DNA of 64,000 nt from Patescibacteria group bacterium. Lineage in GTDB: Bacteria; Patescibacteriota; Dojkabacteria; J137. Below are positions 19,540 through 27,276 of this stretch, piece after piece. Below the pieces are notes generated by a model that saw only the letters and a list, made by a program, of their open reading frames with translations, made no database searches and was not told the origin of the DNA. Both the position numbers and the translations under genes were made by a program. The first letter of the stretch is position 1, and each line of letters begins with the position of its first letter. The DNA lies in contig CAUJCN010000002.1 in NCBI GenBank assembly GCA_963169855.1, positions 5,508-69,507 on the forward strand, given 5' to 3'.

Positions 19540-20660
19540 AAATATTAAACATACACGATTATCCACCAACAGAAGGTGGTGGAGTTGAAGTTAATGTAAG
19601 CCGAGTTGGGTCTGCATTGGTTCAAAAAGGAATTCAGTACAGAATTCTAACTAGTAGAAAAATTTCATCAGTTATTAAAAGTAATAGTTCGCAATCTGAG
19701 TTTTCTAAAGATGGTGTTGAGATAAAAATCATAAATAGTTTAAGCGAGTTGAACGATGAAATTATTAATGCTGATATAGTTAATGTTCACTTAACGTTTT
19801 CTTTAAGAACTTTAACAATGATGGCAATTGAATTATGTGCTCAACTTAATAAAAAAACTATTGTTTCTTTACGCACAACTTTCAAACATATACCCTTCTC
19901 TGCTTTGGGTGGTTTAACATCTATAGAAAAAGAGTATCAGTTAAATAAGTTAACAAAGTTATTGTCACAAGATAACTTTGTTTTAGCTGCACCATCGGTA
20001 TATTTAAAAGAGACGCTTAGCTTCTTAGGATTGAACAAACAATTAAACGTGGTTCATAATGGAATCTCTATTGTAAACAATGCCACTAGTGATAAAGAGT
20101 CTACGATATCAGTTGTCGATTTTACTTATATTGGTAATCTATCAGTTCTTAAAAACGTAGAAGGTTTATTAGAAGCATTTGCAAAACTGAACAAATTAAT
20201 TCCGAATACAAAATTAAGACTTATTGGTAACGGAGAACTAATGAATGAAGTACTTCAAAAAATTGAATACTTTGAACTAGCAAGTTCCGTAGAAGTGCTT
20301 GGATATGTTGAAAATAGGTATATTTCTGATTACTTAAAAAGTACAAAAGTACTTATACATCCGTCGTTAACAGAAGCATGGTGTAACTCAGTTGCGGAAG
20401 CCCTATCTATAGGAATTCCTGTAATCGCTTCTGGAGTTGAAGGTCTTCGTGAATTGACACAGGAGGGTAGCTTTGCAGATCTAGTTATCCCAGGTGATAC
20501 GGAATCTTTGTTTCTATCAATGAAAGAAATTCTGGAATCTAAAACAAAATACTTACATTTAAAATCTAAAGCAGACAAAGCAAAAGACTTTGTATTGTCT
20601 AACTATACGATTGAGAATCAAGCGGATCAATTAATTAAACTTTACAAATCCTTATTATGA
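19536..20660 (+). CDS. GT4 (GT-B) glycosyltransferase, MshA/BshA-like
   Basis: YPPTEGGGVE, HNGI, KNVEGLL, PSLTEAWCNSVAEA (E-x7-E), GIPVIAS. Confidence 0.9.
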   Translation: MKILNIHDYPPTEGGGVEVNVSRVGSALVQKGIQYRILTSRKISSVIKSNSSQSEFSKDGVEIKIINSLSELNDEIINADIVNVHLTFSLRTLTMMAIELCAQLNKKTIVSLRTTFKHIPFSALGGLTSIEKEYQLNKLTKLLSQDNFVLAAPSVYLKETLSFLGLNKQLNVVHNGISIVNNATSDKESTISVVDFTYIGNLSVLKNVEGLLEAFAKLNKLIPNTKLRLIGNGELMNEVLQKIEYFELASSVEVLGYVENRYISDYLKSTKVLIHPSLTEAWCNSVAEALSIGIPVIASGVEGLRELTQEGSFADLVIPGDTESLFLSMKEILESKTKYLHLKSKADKAKDFVLSNYTIENQADQLIKLYKSLL

Positions 20661-21364
20661 AAAATGAAAATAAAAGAGTGTTAATTTTTACACCTCACCC
20701 AGATGACCACATTAGTTGCGGTGGTGCAATATTAAAGCTTGTAAAAAAAGGTTATGAAATTTATGAAGTTCTTTTCACAAACGGGGAAACTGGAGGTCAA
20801 ATTGGAAAAGTTGATGTAGATAAAAATGAACTTGTTCAAATACGAAAAACAGAGTTCGATAAGGCAACCGAAATCATTGGAACAAAAGAGATATTTAGAA
20901 TGAATATCCCAACAAACAACGTCGAATATAGTCCTGAATTATTTTTTGAGTTGATAAGAATCATTCGAGAGGTAAAACCAGTGTTGGCAATTATTCCTCA
21001 CAAGGATGACTATCACAGAGATCACAGAGAAGTAAGTGTGATTTCACAAGACGCTCTTACAAGAGCAGACAACAGTTTCGCCTTGCATTTAGGTGCAAGA
21101 TTCAGAGTTCCTGTGGTTCTTAGTTGTCGTGGCTTAAATCCATTAACTCGTGTAGATCTAATGGTTGATATTTCTGAAGAATTTAATCAATTGCAAAAAG
21201 TTGTCGAAGTATACAGTTCTCAGATTACGCCAAGATTGAAACAGTATACAGAATCACTTCCTAGTGCAGCTGGTTATTACATGAGAACACAATATGCAGA
21301 GGAGTATGAAGTTCCATTGAATCTTCCTATTTTTCCAAATGAAGTGTTAAAAGATTTAGCTTAG
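20657..21364 (+). CDS. PIG-L/LmbE family deacetylase (BshB/MshB-like)
   Basis: PHPDD, TNGE, R..E, HRDH, YSSQ. Confidence 0.9.
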   Translation: MKNENKRVLIFTPHPDDHISCGGAILKLVKKGYEIYEVLFTNGETGGQIGKVDVDKNELVQIRKTEFDKATEIIGTKEIFRMNIPTNNVEYSPELFFELIRIIREVKPVLAIIPHKDDYHRDHREVSVISQDALTRADNSFALHLGARFRVPVVLSCRGLNPLTRVDLMVDISEEFNQLQKVVEVYSSQITPRLKQYTESLPSAAGYYMRTQYAEEYEVPLNLPIFPNEVLKDLA

Positions 21365-21442
21365 ATCAAGTAAAATTGACTATTCAGAAACATAGTTCGT
21401 GCATATCATAGCAGTTAGTAATTTATTTATTATTTAACTGCT

Positions 21443-21763
21443 ATGAATATTTCTGTTTTAAATTTCCCACCTACACATCAGGCAACTTTAGTTCCAAAAC
21501 CAGAATTTCGGATTGATTATAATGATTCGGTTACTAATCAAATATCAAAATTCATTAAAAAACTTGAAGAGTATCATTGTCAACCCTGTCTATCAGGTTT
21601 CATAACAGAAAACGTATTACATGCTTTAAACATTACTAATCACGAAGATTTTGTTCGATATAGAGTTATTTCGGATTTGTTTAACTTTTACAAGCTGCAC
21701 CCAATACCTCAGTTATATAAAGCAATTTGCTTGGAAGTGCTTTCGCTTGGAGTTGAGCAGTAA
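21443..21763 (+). CDS. Hypothetical protein
   Basis: 106-aa ORF, no recognised motif. Confidence 0.5.
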   Translation: MNISVLNFPPTHQATLVPKPEFRIDYNDSVTNQISKFIKKLEEYHCQPCLSGFITENVLHALNITNHEDFVRYRVISDLFNFYKLHPIPQLYKAICLEVLSLGVEQ

Positions 21764-21814
21764 TTTGCATAACAAAAAACTTAAGTGCTAGAATTTTTTA
21801 GTTAAAATTACATT

Positions 21815-22159
21815 ATGGGAGTTTCGGGTTTACCAATACCAGATAATAACTGGACAATAGAGAATGTTTCACCAATTTGGGAAAAACCTACTTTTATTCA
21901 GAGTCAATCAGATCAATTTACTCTTTACCAAGATATTTGTCTGTATGTTATGAAGTTAATACTTCACCATACAACCAAATTGGCAGATGGATGGATTACT
22001 CCAGAAAATCCAATACACAAGCTTTCTGCAACAGATCGGGTTCAGATCTTAACAAGTATTTATGCAGATCTGGAATCGTTGAGAGATACACATAGTTCTC
22101 CTGAATTAGATCGAGCAATAATCGAAATTCGTGCAAGAAAAGAGGAACTTCTAATGTAG
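21815..22159 (+). CDS. Hypothetical protein
   Basis: 114-aa ORF preceded by TGCTAGAAT extended -10. Confidence 0.55.
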   Translation: MGVSGLPIPDNNWTIENVSPIWEKPTFIQSQSDQFTLYQDICLYVMKLILHHTTKLADGWITPENPIHKLSATDRVQILTSIYADLESLRDTHSSPELDRAIIEIRARKEELLM

Positions 22160-22207
22160 AACTAGTTTTCTTAATGTACTAGAATATATTTAGTTAACAA
22201 AAACTCT

Positions 22208-22750
22208 ATGAAAAGATTTTTACTGTCTGCTCTAGTTTTCATCCTAATTCTTGCTTTAACAATTGTTTCTACAATACTGGCTGTAAACTTACATAATAGT
22301 AACGGTCGTTTGTCTCAAACTGAGCAAAGATTATCTAACTTAGAAGAACTCTTGGCTAAAGCAACTTCAGGTGGAGATGATTTAGAATTACCTGATTTTA
22401 GTGAGTACTCGAAACTTGTTTGCAATAATGTGTCTGAAGATGGAAACTTAATTTTATTAGCTCCTTGCCAAAACTCTGTTGTTTCAAATGAGCCAACAGT
22501 GTACGGAATTGTTAGAGGAATGTTCGAAAATACATTTAACTACTATGTCGAATTGGACAATGTTGTTGTCGATTCCGGATTTGTTACTTATATACCAACT
22601 GGTGACATAGGAACTGCAGGACTTTTTAGTATTGATTTAGATTTAACAGAACTGGAATCAGGAGATATTCCGACATTATCTCTATATTACGATGACGCCA
22701 GAGATGGCGATCAAGTAGAGCTAGTTTCTATAGATTTGGAAATTGAATAA
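22208..22750 (+). CDS. Membrane-anchored protein with Gmad2-type Ig-like domain
   Basis: N-terminal TM, coiled coil, GIVRGMFENTFNY...SGFVT...DARDG pattern. Confidence 0.65.
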   Translation: MKRFLLSALVFILILALTIVSTILAVNLHNSNGRLSQTEQRLSNLEELLAKATSGGDDLELPDFSEYSKLVCNNVSEDGNLILLAPCQNSVVSNEPTVYGIVRGMFENTFNYYVELDNVVVDSGFVTYIPTGDIGTAGLFSIDLDLTELESGDIPTLSLYYDDARDGDQVELVSIDLEIE

Positions 22751-22771
22751 GTCTTATAGTATAATTAGTTT

Positions 22772-22961
22772 AGCGTTGAAGGCAATGGCATGCCGGAGCT
22801 TACAAATTAAACAATAAGGCGTCCTCCGAAGCTTATAGCGTAGGTGGAAAGCTGGGTGGAACCGCGGTTCGACAAGCTCACCGCAGGCTCGTAAAGAGTT
22901 TGCATGACCAAGTTTTTTAACCGTCCCAGAGTAATTTATATATTATTCTGAGACGGTTTTT
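22772..22961 (+). ncRNA. Glycine T-box riboswitch with ultra-short stem I
   Basis: T-box AAGCTGGGTGGAACCGCG (UGGA fits U73 of tRNA-Gly); antiterminator CGTCCCAG; terminator 22919-22961; GGC at 22787-22789 in the apical loop. Confidence 0.85.
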
Positions 22962-22988
22962 CTATACCTCAGAAAGTTAACTTATTAT

Positions 22989-24404
22989 ATGAAAAAACTA
23001 GAAAATCTAGAGCAATTTAGATCATGGGCTAAGGAAAATGCTTTTGTATACGCTTCCAGCGAAATCTATGGAGGATTATCTGCAATCTTTGATTACGGTC
23101 CAATGGGAATTCTTCTTAAAAATAACATTCAAAGAGAATGGGAAAAAGCTATGGTTCAGGAAAGATCCGACGTTGTCTTGCTAGATTCAGCAATCTTTAT
23201 GCATCCGAAAACATGGGTTGCATCTGGTCACGCAGCAGGTTTTTCTGATGTTCTTGTTGAAGATAAGAAGACACATAAAAGATACAGAGCTGATCATTTA
23301 GTTGAAGAATTCTATGAGCAGAAAGGTGAAAAAGTGGATATGGATAAGAAGACTCCAGAAGAAATTGCTCAGATTATCAAAGACAATGGAATTAAAAGTC
23401 CAGATGGAAACGATTTAACTGAACCTAGAAACTTTAACTTAATGTTGAAGACCAACTTAGGATCTACTGATGCTCAATTTAACGATGAGAATGTTGTTTA
23501 TGCAAGAGCTGAGACTTGCCAAGGAATTTACCTTCAATATAAGAATATCCAAGAAACAATGAGACTTAAGCTTCCTTTTGGAATCGCTCAAGTTGGAAAA
23601 GCATTCAGAAATGAAATTGTTGCAAGACAATTTATCTTTAGAACAAGAGAATTCGAACAAATGGAAATGCAGTATTTCCACAAACCAGAAGATACAGAAA
23701 AGATTTTTGAAGAATGGAAACAAGCACGAATGGACTGGCATGTGAATGTTCTAGGAATTAATCCTGAGAATTTAAGATTCAAAAAGCACGAGAAATTGGT
23801 TTTCTACGCGTCTGCTGCTTATGATATCGAGTACAATTTTGGTACTTTGGGAGGATTTAAAGAATTAGAAGGTATTCACGCTAGATCAGACTATGATTTA
23901 ACCCAGCATACTAAATTCTCTGGTGAGAAGCTTGATTATTTCGATCAGGAAAGAAATGTTAGATTTATTCCTCATATTGTAGAAACATCAGTTGGTTTAA
24001 ATAGAAGTTTAATGATGGTTTTAGAAGAGGCTTGGACTCAAGAGACCCTTCGAGAGCCTCAGGGTGACACACCAGCGGATACTCGCATAGTATTAAAAAT
24101 TAAAAAATCCTTGGCGCCTATTAAAGCTGCTATTCTTCCATTATCTAAGAAACCTGAACTACAAGCAAAAGCAAGAGAAGTTCAAGATCTACTAAAGTTC
24201 GATATGATGACTCAGTATGACGAAACTGCATCAATAGGAAAAAGATATAGAAGACAGGATGAAATCGGAACTCCTTTCTGTATTACAGTAGATTTTGACT
24301 CATTAAACGATAATGCAGTTACTATCCGAGAAAGAGATTCTATGGAACAGGTAAGATTACCTATTGCTGAGGTGCGAAATTATATTCTTAAAAATTTAAA
24401 GTAA
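22989..24404 (+). CDS. glyQS: Glycine--tRNA ligase (alpha2 type)
   Basis: DYGPMG, RAETCQG, FRNEI, RTREFEQME, ELEGI, IGKRYRRQDEIGTPF. Confidence 0.97.
   Translation: MKKLENLEQFRSWAKENAFVYASSEIYGGLSAIFDYGPMGILLKNNIQREWEKAMVQERSDVVLLDSAIFMHPKTWVASGHAAGFSDVLVEDKKTHKRYRADHLVEEFYEQKGEKVDMDKKTPEEIAQIIKDNGIKSPDGNDLTEPRNFNLMLKTNLGSTDAQFNDENVVYARAETCQGIYLQYKNIQETMRLKLPFGIAQVGKAFRNEIVARQFIFRTREFEQMEMQYFHKPEDTEKIFEEWKQARMDWHVNVLGINPENLRFKKHEKLVFYASAAYDIEYNFGTLGGFKELEGIHARSDYDLTQHTKFSGEKLDYFDQERNVRFIPHIVETSVGLNRSLMMVLEEAWTQETLREPQGDTPADTRIVLKIKKSLAPIKAAILPLSKKPELQAKAREVQDLLKFDMMTQYDETASIGKRYRRQDEIGTPFCITVDFDSLNDNAVTIRERDSMEQVRLPIAEVRNYILKNLK
24045..24068. repeat. REP-like palindrome, family A, inside the glyQS coding sequence
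   Basis: ACCCTTCGAGAGCCTCAGGGTGAC encodes TLREPQGD. Confidence 0.75.
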
Positions 24405-24586
24405 TAAAGAACAATTAAAAACAACTGTAGTATATCAAGATGCATTAGAAAGTTACTTGCAATCTAAAAGCAATTACTTGATGATGGTTTTTTAGCTAAG
24501 TAAATTATCTGGGATAGCTTTTGGTGAGCTTCGAAAGAAATCTACAGAAGAGATTCAAGCATTAACTACACAATACGAATTATAGT

Positions 24587-25517
24587 CTAGGGTACATTCT
24601 GGGTAGTTTTTGGAGTTCTATCTTTATTCGTAATAATCCTATCAACATTCCATAAGGTATAGCTAGGGGTGTTTAGGATATCTTCAACGCTGTAAGGTAC
24701 AATATAACTACCTGGTCTCCTCAATTCAACTCTACTGTCGATTGCTTGGTGGGAAACTGAATAAAAAGAATGTCTCCCATTTTCGTACTGATTAATTCTT
24801 ATGTAGCCTACAAATTCTCCGTTCTCATCTTTGATTTGGAAAGCCGAAGTTTGTAATATCTCTACGTGACTAGAACTATCGTAAATGAATTTCAATGTGA
24901 GTGTATGTTCAGGTGAGTTAGGATCGATTGTGTACTTTGACGAATCAACTCCATAAACAGTATTTAAACGTTTTTTCGCAACATCAAAAACATAATTCGC
25001 CTCTTCAGGCTCAATTTCAAAAATTCTAGGTAGCGAGGATCTGTTACCAATTTGTACTATTGCGTCGTTAGGAATAGTAACTGTAGTAATTATTGATCCT
25101 AGATCTCCGTTCTGAAGTACATCCGTAAAGGCTTGGTAAAGCTCATCATCCGTTGGCAAATCACCGCTGAATGCTAAAGTTTTCCCATCTGCTAATGATT
25201 GAACCTGAAATTCAACACCAAATCTACCTACAAGACTAAGTAAGGAATAAATATTTTGTAAATAATCACGTTTAGTAACTACCTTCTCATTGAATCTTAA
25301 GTAAGAGCCACCTCCTAGATCCACCTGAGTTGAGTTAACTTTTCAATGCCCTTACTACATCTATAACATTAACTGCTTCCTCATCAGATAATGTCCCCCC
25401 TCTGATAAGCGATGTTAAGATCTCCTTTCCGCCAATAACGCTAACTACAGCTGCTATTAAAAACATTGGAATCTTTCCTTTATGAATTTCAATTAGGTCT
25501 TTAATTCTTTCTCGCAT
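24587..25517 (-). pseudogene. Hypothetical TM-anchored protein, probably one gene split by a frameshift at 25340-25343
   Basis: The 60-aa ORF with a TM joins the 245-aa ORF (LK-VNSTQVDLGG) if one A is removed from TTGAAAAGTT. Confidence 0.5.
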
Positions 25518-25553
25518 ATCTTCATATTAGATTACCTATAGAAACAAATCAAT

Positions 25554-25578
25554 AAAAAAACCGCCAATTAGCGGTTTT
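25554..25578 (-). terminator. Intrinsic terminator downstream of rnpB
   Basis: A7-CCGC-CAATTA-GCGG-TTTT hairpin. Confidence 0.7.
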
Positions 25579-25584
25579 AATATG

Positions 25585-25983
25585 TTCATTCTCATAAGCC
25601 GGATTCTGTTTTAAGGACAATTTCTCTATGCCCCGCCAATGGCAGGTTGCTTTATGCAGGGGTTACCAGCGACTTAATATTACTATTTAGTCCGGTGGTC
25701 TCTTACGCCACCATTTCACCATCACCCAACTACGCCAAAGGCTTAGTCGGGCAGTATCTTTCTGTTGCCCTTTTCTCCCTGAGATCACTCCCAGCCTATA
25801 TTCTGATACAAGTGTTCGTCGTATCAGCTTAAAGGTGCATATCTCGTTAACTTGCAGGCTTTTAAAAGTTTCTGTTTGTCGTACGAGACCAAATTAAAGT
25901 CCGGACTTTCCTCCCGACTACGCTAAAGCTTCGTCGGGTAAACCCAACTAGCCTCGCAAATCGAGTAGTCCAACGGAATGAAT
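25585..25983 (-). ncRNA. rnpB: RNase P RNA
   Basis: Minus strand has GAGGAAAGTCCGG near the 5' end and ACAGAATCCGGCTTA near the 3' end; P1 TTCATTC/GAATGAA; TGTTATAAT promoter just upstream. Confidence 0.92.
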
Positions 25984-25992
25984 CGATAAGAT

Positions 25993-26134
25993 TATAACAT
26001 GCCTATAGTATATTTTGTGACATGTTGAAAGCTTCGCTTGTAACATACCAGTAATTTTTATAAATGTTTCAAGCTTTGCTTATAACATGCCTATAGTATA
26101 TTTTGTGACATGTTGAAAGCTTTGCTTATAACAT
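25993..26134. repeat. Tandem 46/42/46-bp repeat upstream of rnpB
   Basis: 25993-26034 is identical to 26081-26122; the motif ATGTT..AAGCTT.GCTT.TAACAT occurs three times. Confidence 0.85.
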
Positions 26135-26164
26135 TTTTACACTATTTCTAGCCACTATAGGATA

Positions 26165-26752
26165 TTACTTAGGGAGATTTGGCTTTATGTTTGAATACTG
26201 AAATCCTCTCATTAAAAGTCGCTGGATCAACTTTTCTTTAGGTAGCATTGAATTTTTTTGTATGTACTTCTTGATAGACTCTACTTCTTCGTTAGAATCG
26301 TTTAGCAGATCGATTTCTCGGAGAATTTTATCTGAGATTCCTTTTTTCTTTAATTCAGCTTTGATTTTATTTATAGAATATTTCTTAGCTCTTAACTTCG
26401 ATTCTGTAAAAACTTGTGCAAACCTTACATCATCTACAACATTGTGACTGTAAAGGTACTCAATTACAGATTCCAATTCATCTTTTTCAAGTTCTTTCTT
26501 GTATAGGTAAGTACGGATATCTTTTTCAGATTTAAGAACTCCAGAATACTTCCTAAGAGCTTGAAGTTTGAGTTTTGATAATCTTGATCTCTTCTTTAAG
26601 TCATCAGCTTCTTGCAACGAAAGTTCTAATCCTTTATGTAGTCCAAATCTAACTAAATCATCTTTTGTAAATGAGCTCCAAAATTCTCCATCTAGAAATA
26701 CATTTACTTTTTCTTCGTCTTTTTTAGCTTGCTGTATTGAGGTAATTTGCAT
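26165..26752 (-). CDS. recX: Regulatory protein RecX
   Basis: VNVFLDGEF, SEKDIRTYL, DDVRFA, IKAELKKKGI, RLLMRGF. Confidence 0.88.
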   Translation of the reverse strand: MQITSIQQAKKDEEKVNVFLDGEFWSSFTKDDLVRFGLHKGLELSLQEADDLKKRSRLSKLKLQALRKYSGVLKSEKDIRTYLYKKELEKDELESVIEYLYSHNVVDDVRFAQVFTESKLRAKKYSINKIKAELKKKGISDKILREIDLLNDSNEEVESIKKYIQKNSMLPKEKLIQRLLMRGFQYSNIKPNLPK

Positions 26753-26753
26753 A

Positions 26754-27275
26754 TTACTTTGATTCCTCTTCTCTTACGATCTTGTATCGATGTTGGACTA
26801 TACCGTCGTTAAGTTTCTTTGTTTTAAGTAGTTCGAGATTTACTTTTAGTTCCAAATCGTCAAAAAGTTTAACGCCTGAACTTAGAATGATTGGATGAAT
26901 ATCCACTATAATTTCATCGACAAGGTCTGTTTCTAAAAATGTTGAGTTTGTTAGTCCACCACCTGCTATTAGTATATTTTCGTGACCCTGAAATACAAGT
27001 TGCTTTATTAGTATTTCGGGTTTTAGATCAGTGAATTCAGCAACTCTGTAATCGAAATCCTTAGGTTTAGAGGTAAGAATTACGTTTTTAATATTCTCAA
27101 AAGGGAACTGTTCTAGGGCAACTAAATCTTCGTAAGTAACTCTTCCGTAAATTACAACCGAGTTTTTGGAAAGCTCTTTTTCATAAGCCTTTACGTCGTT
27201 AACCCAAGAAGTATCGCCTTGCTCATCGGCTATAAATCCGTCAATTGAAATTGCATTATATATGCAGACTTTCAT
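26754..27275 (-). CDS. Dihydrofolate reductase / RibD C-terminal family protein
   Basis: AISIDGFIA, GRVTYE, IAGGG, LVDEI..IHPIIL..G. Confidence 0.88.
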   Translation of the reverse strand: MKVCIYNAISIDGFIADEQGDTSWVNDVKAYEKELSKNSVVIYGRVTYEDLVALEQFPFENIKNVILTSKPKDFDYRVAEFTDLKPEILIKQLVFQGHENILIAGGGLTNSTFLETDLVDEIIVDIHPIILSSGVKLFDDLELKVNLELLKTKKLNDGIVQHRYKIVREEESK

Positions 27276-27276
27276 G

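Noticed and set aside
24420-24585. Coding-like remnant (QDALESYLQSK...*LSKLSGIAFGELRKKSTEEIQ)
   Set aside because: Short, no clear start, in-frame TAG, and no recognisable family, so it cannot be supported
25647-25832. 61-aa + strand ORF
   Set aside because: Antisense to RNase P RNA
25985-26134. CRISPR array
   Set aside because: Spacers are only 17-21 nt, two are identical, the repeats are degenerate, and there are no cas genes in the window
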